NCBI RefSeq assembly: GCF_001194135.2
Contig: NC_068981.1
Span: 141,327,071-141,391,070, forward strand
Reading direction: 5' to 3'
Source: Octopus bimaculoides
Lineage: Eukaryota
Length of the DNA: 64,000 nt
Positions 26,111 through 38,338 of the stretch are shown in pieces; position 1 is the stretch's first letter; every line of letters begins with the position of its first letter. Both the position numbers and the translations under genes were made by a program. The notes beneath the pieces were generated by a model. That model ran no database searches and had not been told where the DNA came from. It was given only the letters and a program-made list of their open reading frames with translations.

Positions 26111-27693
26111 AGAGATGGATGTGGATTTTCAAAAAAGGAAAATAGAAAAAAGGAAAATAGAAAGCAGGACGGTGATATTTAGAATATTTTCGAATGAAAA
26201 TAGGAGAATAGAACACGCGCCGCAGGAAGAGATAGAGGAAATATTGAAGGAACGAATGGGTAAAGGGATAACGTTCTTCACAAGACGAAGGAAATACGCG
26301 ACTATAACAGTAACCTTTGCATCAGTAGAGGAGGCGACAACAGACTGATACTGGCAGAGAAATGGACGTTGATACCGAACTGTTCGGGCAGAAGACTCGT
26401 CAGGGTCAGGGTGGGAAGAATCCCACTGTCCATAGACCCAGACTGGATGATAGTCGCAAGTTTTAATTCAGAGCTGGTGAAAGGAAGTGAAGACCTGGAG
26501 ATTTGCATAGTAAACAGAATGCAACAATTGAATTGTTGGGGATACGGTATTGAATTAATCCGTGCCGTAAGCCCTGAATATTACGACGAAATGGCGGAAA
26601 ATGTAGAATTACCTAAGGGTGAAAAACTGGAAGTTATGTTAGAGGGGAGACCACCCAAAATGCTACGGATACAGTGAAAGAGGTCACGTGAGAAGGAAAT
26701 ACGCAAGAGCAGCAGTAGAAATGGTTGAAGAGAGTGTTCAAGAAGATATAGTTGTGGAAAAAATCAGAAACAGAAAACAGAATATGATGGGAATTTGGCG
26801 GAGGTAAAATCCAGGCAAACAGAGAGAAGAAAGTCACCGACGACAGTGGAAGTGAAGAAGTGTAAAGGGATGGCAGAGGAAACTCACCCCATGACGTGAA
26901 AGGGAGAAAATTTACCAGTGGAAGTACCAGCAAAGGAATTAAAAGTGAAGAGTCCTACAGACCAGAAACAAAACAACCCAGAATTACGGAAACCTAAAAA
27001 CTTACACACACAGACGAGACACGTAGAGTTACAGTCAAACGAACACACAGACACACAAATACATGAACAGTCAGACTTAGAGACGAAAATACAAGAACGC
27101 ACTAAACAGCAGGAAAATAGAAACCAAAAGAGACATTATGAAAAACATAAACAAAAGGAAAATTACAGTGAGATAGGACACCCCAACGTAAAGGAACGTA
27201 AAAGTTAAAGACACATTGTGAAAGACTGAAGAGGTAAGTCGATGTAAGGTTGTAAAGACTGTAAGTGAGGAAAATAATTATTTGAACTTAAAAACAAAGA
27301 AAAAAACAAAAAAACAAGTCAATTTTACAATGGTTGAATGAACAGGATTCCAAAATGTTTTTAAAAAAAATATTGTGATATAAATTCGGTTGACTTTAGT
27401 TTAAAAAAGAAAAGGCAAAATAAGAAATAAATCCTGTTTGAACATTTGTTTTAAAAGGGTGTAGGGCGAGAGCGAAAAGCGAAGTCACGGTTTCGCATCG
27501 GAGCGAGGCAAGTGGTTGTGTAATAGTTAATGGTAAAGGAATACACGCAGTGGGATCGAGATACCCGGCTCATTTGCATTGTAATTATATTCATTTCATA
27601 TTCATCCTTCCTATGTTTTATATTCCCGCATGTCTTTGTATGTCCCCTTTGTAATTAGGCTTTGTGCCTGTAATAAAGAATTAAGCTAGCAAG
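26111..27693 (+). mobile_element. unit 1 of an ORF1-only retroelement: frameshifted LINE-ORF1-like ORF (about 26115-27208) plus 3' UTR
   Basis: RRM-like ITVTFASVEEA and VRVRVGRIP, then LEVMLEGRPPK-CYGYSERGHVRRKY (decayed CCHC knuckle). It is homologous to unit 2 and ends AATAAAGAATTAAGCTAGCAAGCCA. Confidence 0.75.
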
Positions 27694-27736
27694 CCACTTT
27701 TTTTGGTGTTCTTTGAGGAACTTTGGCTGAATTTTT

Positions 27737-29547
27737 TTGCGCGTAGCCACCATTGTTGGGTGGTGGGGAATAATTGAGAATAATATGAGAAGCATGCTGA
27801 AGCGGGAGATGTTACAGTGGACTCGAGAGTCGATACAGAAATATAGTGCTGTGGTGGAGAAGGAAGGATCAAATATAAAACTGACCCTGCCAGAGGTGGA
27901 GTGGAGGACGGTCATATTAAGAACATTTTCGAATAAAAAGAGAGGAAATGAACACGCGCTGCAGGAGGAAGTGGAGGAAATTTTGGAAGAACATGTGGGA
28001 GACAGCATGGTGTTCTTTACGAGAAGGAAGCGATGTGCCTCGGTAGGTAGCCTTTGTATCGGAAGAGGAGGCGGAAAAAAACCTCCAACAGGCTGATACA
28101 GGGAGAGAAGTGGACTCTGGTGCCAGAGTTAGGGTCGGAAGGGTCCCACCGTGGATGGATCCAGAATGGTTAATGGCGGCGATTGTTTGTTCTACCACTA
28201 CACTCTCTCCCACTAGAGGTGGAGATAGGGATGGTGGGCCGAGCCCACCAAGTGAAGTGATGGGCCGTGGGTTGGAGATGATTTGTGCATGAACGAGAAA
28301 TGTTACAGCGAAGTGCCTCTAACTTTGGAGCTGCCGAATGAGGAGGAGCTGGAGATAATGATGGAGGGGAGACCCCAAAGTCTTGCGAATGTGGTGAAGG
28401 AGGGATCTTGAGGAAGAAATATCCTTGAACAGCGGTGGAAGTAGTGGAGGAGAGTATCCAGGAGAGTCTAGTGGTAGAGAGGCGGCAGAAGCAGAGAGCG
28501 GAACAGGACGGGAGTTTTGTGGAGGTGAGGGCAAGAAGGGGAGAGAGGAGGAGGTCACCAACGATGGTAGAACGGAAGAAGTGAAAGGCGGTGGAATAGG
28601 TGATCCAGCCTACGATGGGAAACGGAGAGGATTCGCCAGTGGGATCGCCGGTAAAAGACTTACAAGTACAGGGGGGTTCGGACCCACAGACACTCAAGCA
28701 CACGGACGTACAGACACACAGAAATGTACAGGAACAGATGCAGGACATCTTAGAATCACGGAAGTCTAACAGCATGGACGCACGGACGAGGCACGCCGAG
28801 TTGTAGTCGGACGAACACACAGATGCCCAAGTGCACAAACACAAGGACGCACGGATACAATGGCGGGAAGGCCGAAAATTGTAGAAGTGCAGAGACGAGA
28901 GACACAAGCACGCGGGACACAAGCAGGGGTAGGGTTTGTAATGAAGTGTAGGGCACCCCAATGTTGAAAGAATCTCAAGATGAAATGCATTATGAAGTAA
29001 TGAATCCACTGGGGCCAGAGGCGGATGTCGATCCACGCGCCTCGGTGGTGAATTATGTGGACGAGGGAGAGAAGATGAATTGTTAAATGCTTTTTTTCTA
29101 GAGACTGTGAAAGATTGAGAAAAACATTTGGTTAAACTTTTTGATTTTTTTTTTTTAAAGGAAAAATAAGTAAATCCTGTAACTATTGAATGTACATTTG
29201 ATAAAACTTTTCTGTAAAATTGTAAGGTGAGAAGGAAAAGGGAAGTCGCGGTTTCACCTCGGAGCGGGGCTGGAAATTGTTATTTAAAAAGTCAAGTTTT
29301 AAAGGAAAAAGGAATACACGGTTTCATCTCGGAGCGGGAGCGAGATGGACGTCTCATTTTCATTGTAATTTAATTCATGTTCCATTTAACTTTCATGTGC
29401 TTTATTCTTCCCGCGTGTCTGTGTATGACCCCTCTATGTTTTTAGGCCCTGTGCTTGTAATAAAGAATTCTGCTAGCAAGCCATGCTACTCCAGACTGAT
29501 GATGAGCAATGATTCTGAAAGTACTCTCTGGATGCTGGCTTTGCTGG
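27737..29547 (+). mobile_element. unit 2 of the ORF1-only retroelement, ending in a hammerhead motif
   Basis: 27/45 aa identical to unit 1 over RTVI...FFTRR. LEIMMEGRP is followed by the decayed knuckle CECGEGGILRKKYP. The 3' UTR at 29050-29483 aligns to 27250-27693. Confidence 0.75.
29473..29547 (+). ncRNA. candidate type-I hammerhead ribozyme
   Basis: Stem I TCCAGA/TCTGGA, CTGATGA core (29496-29502), short stem II GAG/TTC, GAAA (29517-29520), palindromic stem III AGTACT, C17 at 29526. Distal helix CTAGCAAGCCA/TGGCTT(T)GCTGG. Confidence 0.7.
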
Positions 29548-29882
29548 GTGGAGGTGCTTATCTCTCCCCTTTGAAAACATAAGGACACAGGAAATGTGTC
29601 AAGGCCAACAGGAAACTGTGTTTCCTAGGGCTACATAGCTGTAACATTCTTACTTTTCATGGTATTGTCACATTAACTTGACAACATACTAATATTTTAT
29701 ATATNNNNNNNNNNNNNNNNNNNNNNNNNNNNNNNNNNNNNNNNNNNNNNNNNNNNNNNNNNNNNNNNNNNNNNNNNNNNNNNNNNNNNNNNNNNNNNNN
29801 NNNNNNNNNNNNNNNNNNNNNNNNNNNNNNNNNNNNNNNNNNNNNNNNNNNNNNNNNNNNNNNNNNNNNNNNNNNNNNNNNN

Positions 29883-29933
<51 letters not shown>

Positions 29934-31961
29934 TATATGTGTATATACTTTTTCTAATTAGAAATTTAAGTTTTATATCTAATAATATAATCACTAATTT
30001 TTAGCCATATAAATAATTGCGATAATTAAAAGAAGTTGTGAAATTATTATCTATTGTGGTGTCTCTTTTGATTGTCTCTTCAAAATTATATCATATCCAT
30101 TTTTTTCACGTTTGTGTTATTCGCTTGCACTACTTCTGAAGTAATATATTATTTATGTGTATGTATGGCAATTTGCAGATGTACAATTATTTCTTGCTTT
30201 TAACAACAGCTAAGTTCACTGCAGAATTCTAAAAACCAAAATGACAGTTCAAATTATAAATGGATTTAAAATATTTTTGGAGTGCGCACCCACTGGTATT
30301 GTAGATCTACTTTTAAACATCTCTCTCGTCTTTGAAAGAAAAGTGAACAAAGGAAGACTAATGGTTGCATATTGATTTCTATTAATATCTCAACATTAAA
30401 GCACGTTCGATTGCTTCTCCCAGCAACGTTGAAAGAAGAACAATAGACAGTGTACAATGTTCTGTAATCTCTGACAGATTAAAACAGATTCACACCAAGC
30501 ATATGATGTCTGATCTAACCTCAGCCAGCAGTTAATTTTGCAATTTACTGAACTGTTTGATCTCCATTAAAAACGTATAGCTGCACGTGTCATAACCTTA
30601 TTAGAATAATTTCATATTTTATGATTAAGGCTTAACATTTTTGTATAAATTTCCCTTGGGATTGATATAGACACAGTAAGAGGGCTCGTTTCCTCGGAGG
30701 TAACATTTTAATCTTTTGTTTGATCATTTTAAGTAATTAGGCTGCTTTCTATCCATCACAAATCAAGGTCAGTTGTTAACAGAAAGAGAAGTCAATAGAT
30801 TCTAATAATAAATTCAGTTTAGTTAACAATATCATTGCTGAAAGACTTGTCCAAAATTATGTATATTCAGAGTGATGTTAAAGTCGTCAGAATAAATAAA
30901 TGAATGTATTGACTAATAGTGTGGTGACTTTTTACTTCGAAAGATTACACAAAGAGAAATAGACTGATGCTATGCATTATGGTTGTAACACATATAAAGT
31001 TACAAGTCTGGCATTTGTATTTTTTGACTAACTTTAAATATAACTATAGATTTTTAAATCAATTTTCGATTTAGAAAAATCTTATGGACTATACTTTTTT
31101 GTTAATGCTTCTTGTAGTTTCCTGACAGCTTATTCTAAATTAAGCTGACCCACCACCTAGACTGTTTTGGTTCAAGGCAAAGACTCAGTGTCCAAAAGCA
31201 TACAACATATTATCCAATGTACGTTTGCAACTGTATCTTATTAATTTATAATTTCATTTTACTTATAAGGAGTACGTGCTTATTGTTAACTCTAGCCAAT
31301 CAAGGCAAAGAGAAAACTGTTTGTATTTCAAGCTCTGAGTACAAACGCTGCCATTAATCTGAAAGTGTTTTAACAAAGACATTTTCCCATCTCGCTAAGA
31401 CCTCAGCAATTGCTTCAACCACGTCTTGAAAAGGAAGGTGATGCTAGAGAGGGAGATGCTATATTCTAGTGTGATAATCCAATCTATCTTTCTCTTGTGT
31501 GAAAAAAGATGGATGAAAATGGCAGGTCTGGTGAGTTTGAAAGGGTAGGACTTGAGTATGCATTTCCACGCGAAATAAAGAAATCGGAGTGATAGCGCTT
31601 TAAATGCTTAATATATAGCAGCTTAATTAAGCCCTATACGTAAGGTTTCCACAAAATTATCCGAGATGGACTGCCCCTATTGTAGACTTTATTTTCCTTT
31701 GAAAGTTCCGTGGAAATTTATGCTTTTATGTTTTCTGTTGGATTTACTCATTTATTTATTTATTTTTGTTTTCTTCTACTCGTATATTTTGTGTTGCATT
31801 TCTTGAGTTGCATTTTTGTGTTACATTTCGTCCTGAGAAGTATACTGAATGATTTGGGGATTTTTGGTGAATATAAGAAATAATATACACAATAACAATT
31901 ATAATCATAATTATTATCTCTATAGTTTTTATTTTCTATTATAATTATAGTATAGGTATAT

Positions 31962-31997
31962 TCTTCTTCTTCTTCTTCTTCTTCTTCTTCTTCTTCT

Positions 31998-32032
<35 letters not shown>

Positions 32033-32059
32033 TCAGTAGTAGTAGTAGTAGTAGTAGTT

Positions 32060-32114
<55 letters not shown>

Positions 32115-32115
32115 A
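31962..32115. repeat. (TTC)n followed by (AGT)n
   Basis: Direct. Confidence 0.97.
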
Positions 32116-32743
32116 ACCAGCAGTAGTAGCTATTGAAATTGTCCATGCTGCTTTCCTGTTACTATATTAATTACAACTAGTAAAGGGTGTGAGATATTAT
32201 CATACTAATCTACAGAAACGTAGATCATTTCCCACCAGATGATGCCTCTTTTATACAAATTGCTCCACGCCATCTTTATCGTAATCAAAGTCATTCATTT
32301 ATTCACCATAATGACCACCGCTTTTTACTGAAATTTAACTAACAAGCTCCATGTCATATACTATTTAGTAAGTAAGCCGAGCATTCTCTATTATATTATG
32401 TCATATCATCATCTTACTGCATAAGAGAATTTAACTGAGACAAGGACCGATGAAGGCACTTCACATTGGATTATTATAATGTCACTCAGATATCAACGAA
32501 GACAATGCGTAATATGTAAAGAATTGCTTCAAGAGATACGTGTCTTTCGGTTTTCTTCAGCATCTGGCAGGTATAAATGTCGAAGGAGTACAGGAGAAAG
32601 AGAAGAAGAATTTTCTTTTTTTGTTAATATGAAAGATTTCTATGATTATTGGCATTTCCTCACAGCATATAATTCTTTCTTGACATCACGTTTCATTTTA
32701 TTTTTATTTTCAATTTTCTTGTGTACAGCCTTACTCGCTATCA

Positions 32744-32795
<52 letters not shown>

Positions 32796-32846
32796 NNNNN
32801 NNNNNNNNNNNNNNNNNNNNNNNNNNNNNNNNNNNNNNNNNNNNNN

Positions 32847-32878
<32 letters not shown>

Positions 32879-34678
32879 TAGAATCATGTATCGACCTTAT
32901 GCAAATACGTAGAAACACATAAACACATATACGTGTGTATACACACACATACACACACACGTATACACAGACCCTGCACGCACGTACTTACACGCACTCG
33001 CGCGCACATACAGACACACACTTACACACATATATATACATACGAAAATATGCATGCAAACACAAGCATACATAGTGCATACGCACAAATGTAACTGATT
33101 CTCTGCAGGCATATTATGTCACCAAGTTCTCGATTCCTGATTGCATATTATTATAACACGAACAATGCATGAATGTTCCTATATTCCCACCAAGCTGAAC
33201 CAAATCCATATAGCTAAATCTTGGGTGAATAATCCCGATAACATCAGCTGTTGTAAGCTACAATTTTTATCGAATATCGCAAGCACACATTCACATGCGC
33301 GCGCACACACACACACAGGTATGCATGTATATTAATTTGTATTCATCTAGATTCATACATATGTGTGTGTTTGTACATTCACACTTCGCTACATGCAAAA
33401 ACATTAATTATAAGATATCAGCTAAAGATTTATGTATAGTTTATACATTTGCAAATTTGCTTGTGGCTTTATGTATCGGACAGATCTCACTTCATCCGTT
33501 TTAAGAAGCATCTATGTCCTGCAGTGCGGCCGTGCTAAGATTTAGAAAACGTAGTTTTGCTGATTTTATGTATCATTTATTTACTGGATATGCTATTATT
33601 ATAAATACTTCGTAAATCGAATGGTAATCATCTTTGTGTTACTCTTTAACCAGTGAGCAACTAGGAGATATGCAAACTTCTCCCACTATCCTATATGGAA
33701 GAAGATTCGTTTTAAAAGGTTTGATACTGGAGAGATCTATAGTTTCATGTGAAGCAAAGGAACATAGTGTTTGTTCTGTCGAATTAGCAATGATTTTCTA
33801 AATCACACAAATAATCCAAATTATTACCTCTCCATATGAATTTTTCAGTCACTAGTTCCTATTTCTCAACTCATTTCTCCTGTTACCAAAATATATTCAC
33901 ATTTACGGCTACATTTTGTCGCTTATTCGATATTTGCTCTGCTATTACAATTGTGAAAATTAGGACTTACAAATATTTACTAAACACGCACATGCACACA
34001 CATAAACACACACACATATACATACACAGAAACACACACACATATGGTATAGTACTTACATACATATCTGTATATATAATCATAGGATGAGACGTATTGC
34101 AGAAGCTAAATTATCAGTGCATTGTTCTCATTAAACCAATTGGAAAAGTCTTTGTTTCCTTTAGATGTCAGATAAAATCCTTGCATAAGAATTGAATAGA
34201 AATGCAGTTATATTTGTGGCAATGTTTACGGAAGACTACGATTTGTAAATTGCCAACTTTGTAAGTATTACAAGCTTTGTAAGTGTTGCCGACTTTATAA
34301 GTATTGTAACACTTACAATAACTTGTAAATGTTGCAAGTTATTTTGTAAACAAAGTTTAGAAGGAATTAAAAACCTTTAGTGAGGTCGTTTCAACGTTGT
34401 TGAAGAGTAAAAGGCACATATTCTAAACTTTCGGATACTATAAGGATGCCGTAATTTTTCCAACGGGTTGAAGATATTATCAATCATTCTGTGCATCTGT
34501 GTTGTAAGTATTTGTGTTGAATGCGTATTTGTGTCTCTGTTTCTAATCTCTGTCTATGACAACTTTCAAAGGTTTGCACAAGTATGAAAAATATGTCCTT
34601 TATAGCTTAACGGGTTACTTATCATCGAATCTTTACGTTTTGTTCCTCTAATATTCATGTCTTTAATATTCAGGCAAA

Positions 34679-34868
34679 CTAAGGCGGTGAGCTGGTAGAA
34701 TCGTTAGCACATCGGGCAAAATGCCTTGCGGCACTTGAGTCATTTTTACGTTCAGATAGCAAATCCCACCGATACAGACTTTGCCGTTCTTCCTGTTAAG
34801 CACTGAGGCTGATGTAATCGACTTAGCCTCTCCCCCAAAATTACTGTCCTTGTGCCAAGAACTGAAAA
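34679..34868 (+). mobile_element. SINE family B with degenerate 15-bp TSD
   Basis: AAGGCGGTGAGCTGGTAGAATCGTTAGCAC head. Flanks TAATATTCAGGCAAA (34664-34678) and TAATACTCAAGCAAA (34869-34883). Confidence 0.8.
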
Positions 34869-35018
34869 TAATACTCAAGCAAAATGTGAAGAATGAAACA
34901 AGAAATCAGTATTCTGTAATGTCAACGCACAAAGAAGAAAAAAGAAAAAGAAAAACCAAAGTAAATAGTATTAGTGATAGGTCAAAAATATAAATGAAGG
35001 TAATTCTATAGTATTAGT

Positions 35019-35395
35019 TGTTGTTGGTACTCCGTCGCTTACGACGTCGAGGGTTCCAGTTGGTCCGATCAACGGAACAGCCTGCTCGTGAAATTAACGT
35101 GCAAGTGGCTGAGCACTCCACAGACACGTGTATCCTTAACGTAGTTCTCGGGGATGTTCAGCGTGACATAGTGTGACAAGGCTGACCCTTTGAATTACAG
35201 GCACAACAGAAACAGGAAGTAAAAGTGAGAGAAAATTGTGGTGGAAGCGTACAGTAGGGTTCGCCACCTTTCCCTGCAGGAGCCTCGTGGAGCTTTAGGT
35301 GTTTTCGCTCAATAAACGCCCGGTCTGGGAATCGAAACTGCGATCCTATCATCGCGAGTCCGCTGCCGTAATCACTGGGCCATTGCGCCTCCACA
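35019..35395 (-). mobile_element. tRNA(Arg)-like SINE family C with (CAA)n tail and 12-bp TSD
   Basis: Head GGCGCAATGGCCCAGTGATTACGGCAGCGGACTCGCG...GTTTCGATTCCC. TSD TATAGTATTAGT at 35007-35018 and 35396-35407. Homologous to 52207-52590. Confidence 0.9.
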
Positions 35396-37036
35396 TATAG
35401 TATTAGTAAGATGTACTGAAATCCCACTGTCATATCTAAGCTAGAAGAATATTTACAATTTCATTTGCTATTCGTCAAATTTAACCAACCAGAATACTCC
35501 ATCTTTTTTTTTTGTTTACCTTGTAACTGATTTTCAGTTATATACTTTACCCGGTGTCGCAGATAAATAACCTGGGTTTACATTAAAATAATATTTTTCC
35601 GTTCTGTAAACTCCGCAAAATTAAACTTTGCTAGTGAGCTCGAATACACAGGGGACCGACGAAAGATAACTAAAGGCAATCTCCAGAGTACTTGAAATAC
35701 AATTCTTATGTCACTAAAACTGCAATCTACAATTCTACAAAAAGGTACATTTAATAATGTAGTCCTAGTGACACACGGTTTGGCATAATCGGAATGGATA
35801 TGGCTAATACACCTTCCAGCACGGGTTTTATTTCAGCAGGTTGACCTGATGTAAACAACAGAAGATATGGTTAAACATTCATAATACACAGATCGCTTCA
35901 TTCTTTATTATCTGCTAGTTTCCTTTACTGTTTCGATGATGATTCTATTGTAATGCGTATTTTCTTTATATTTTGATTTTCTTTGATAGATCCTCTTATA
36001 ATTGTTGTTTTTGTTGTGTTTGCTTTTATTGCAGTGTAATTATTTTTTTGCTGTTCTTGATATTTAAATAAAACACTCCATCATTATTGTTTTCATCATG
36101 ATTTACTTTCTCTGTATTGTTGATTAATATAATATACTATATTAAATATTGATATGATTTTATTATATACTTTATTTCCGTATTTTTCCTGTTCACTCGT
36201 TTTCCCTTTCCTTTTCTGCCCCTCCCATATACCCACATCTTCCTGTTTATTCTAGGCTGTTCTTATCACTACCACCCTAATTACCATATATATAATTAGA
36301 GATGACCAATAACCGAGTCTAGGGCATTTTTTCCGGTTGATTGATAATAATTATCCTTTCTTCTATTCAAAATCATACATATTTCTTTGCAGCTGCTTTC
36401 ACTGACATTGTTGTTGTTTCTTAATCATATATTTAATCATGGTGTTGTCATTTTGTCATTTATTTTGATTATAGTTGTTGTTGTCATAGTAGTTAATGAT
36501 GCTAGTGGTGAAGCTTGTGCTGCTGTTGTCTTTGCGGGTGTTTTCATTATGTGTTTATATGAAATATCTTAGTAATTACATTGGTGAGTAATCTCGTTCT
36601 ATACATTTCATTGATTTGCCTCTATGCAACACTACCGACAATACAAGTTGGAAAAGCAATTCGATCTTGCGTAGACAATATTTGAAGTAAGCTATGTACT
36701 TTTTTTCTATATAGCTTTTGTATTAATAATAATGTTATATTTTTCTATTCACTTATATATTCATTTATTCATTGTTATATTTTTTAATTAATTAATCATC
36801 TTCGAAGTGTCTGACTGATTTTTTTTTCTTTTGTTTCTTTTCAATATTTTCCTTCATGCGTTCAGCTGTTTGCGGAGAAAGGAGAGCACGGAGAGGGAAG
36901 AAGGTTATAACACAGCAACACACTCACACACTTCCACCTGCGCTCATACGGAAATGCACACCAGTATATTCACCAGTGAACGTAACCCAGAATGGAGGTA
37001 CATTAATGAATTTGTCGATACTTGCCAGTATGGATG

Positions 37037-37078
<42 letters not shown>

Positions 37079-38255
37079 TTATATGTATACGTGTGTATCT
37101 GTGTATGAACATGTGCTGTTTTTGCCAGTTTCTTTGTATATCTGTATGTGTGTTTGTCCAAACGCACATGAGTGTAATTGTGAGTGTGCATGTGTCAGTG
37201 CATTTGTGTCTACGCATGCGTATATTTTGCTTATGATTACTCATATATATTTATATATATTTCACTTGAAATATTATACTGCGTAATCTGATTGCGTGAT
37301 ATCAAAGCTCTAATATTTATGTTCGTGAAGTGGACATAAACTACTATATCGCAATAAATATATTCACATCGAAGTTGAGTATGTTTTTAGCTGTAAACTA
37401 GATTTTCCATTTTGTTGCCCTAATATTGTTATCCATGATTACATGTCTGTATAACACAGACCCTTTTACACATAAAAAATATTTATATTTCGCTATATGC
37501 TAAAGAACATTCAAATACATACACATAATCATCTGTACATGTGTGTGAATGTGTGGGTATCTAATACAAAATAGATAAAGGCAATATATTTTATATATGT
37601 TGCAAACAGCAGACGTGAATATACATAAGTTGGGGATAATTTCAAAGATGTGACGATAAATATTCAAATATCGCTGACCAAATTCATTTTCATGTTAGAT
37701 GGAGAAAAAGTGTAAAACTGTCAGGGCAGAAAAAGTGGGCGGAGAAAAATATTGAAAATGAAAATATTTCTGGACCAGAATAATTTTCTATATTACACAA
37801 GAAATATTAGTGGCGGTTGAGTATTGTATATTGTTTTCGTAAAGGAAAGTTTTTCGCTTAAAGAATTGGGATATCGTAGGGACATGGATGGGCGTGGCAG
37901 CAAATAATTGTGTTTTAACCCATGATACTCACATAAGCATATATTCAATCTAAAAAAAATATGACTTTCGAAAACGATTCCTAAAAGGCGATGCAATACA
38001 AACATGGTGTGTATTGTTTCTTGGGGATTAAAGTTTCTTCTATCCTTAATCAATGCCGATCACTAACAGAGTGAACCTTGTGTTTAAGTCAAGGTAGCTG
38101 GAATTATACAAACACACTTATTTATATGCAAATATTAACTAATTCCAATATCCGGGGAATCGTCAAGGAACTGTGAATATTTCAATTAATTCATGTGGCC
38201 AATAATGTGCGTGTTTGGATAAACTTGCCCTCAGGTAGTGGGATTGCAAATAACC

Positions 38256-38258
<3 letters not shown>

Positions 38259-38336
<78 letters not shown>
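38259..38336. repeat. (TA)n microsatellite
   Basis: Direct. Confidence 0.98.

Positions 38337-38338
<2 letters not shown>

Noticed and set aside
34250-34340. Degenerate 18-bp repeats resembling a spaced array
   Set aside because: Simple decayed minisatellite with no unique spacers; not CRISPR-like.
35340-35395. tRNA-like sequences at SINE heads (also 52530-52590 and 860-925)
   Set aside because: They are attached to SINE bodies, with TSDs at the family C copies, and lack a proper acceptor stem; not tRNA genes.
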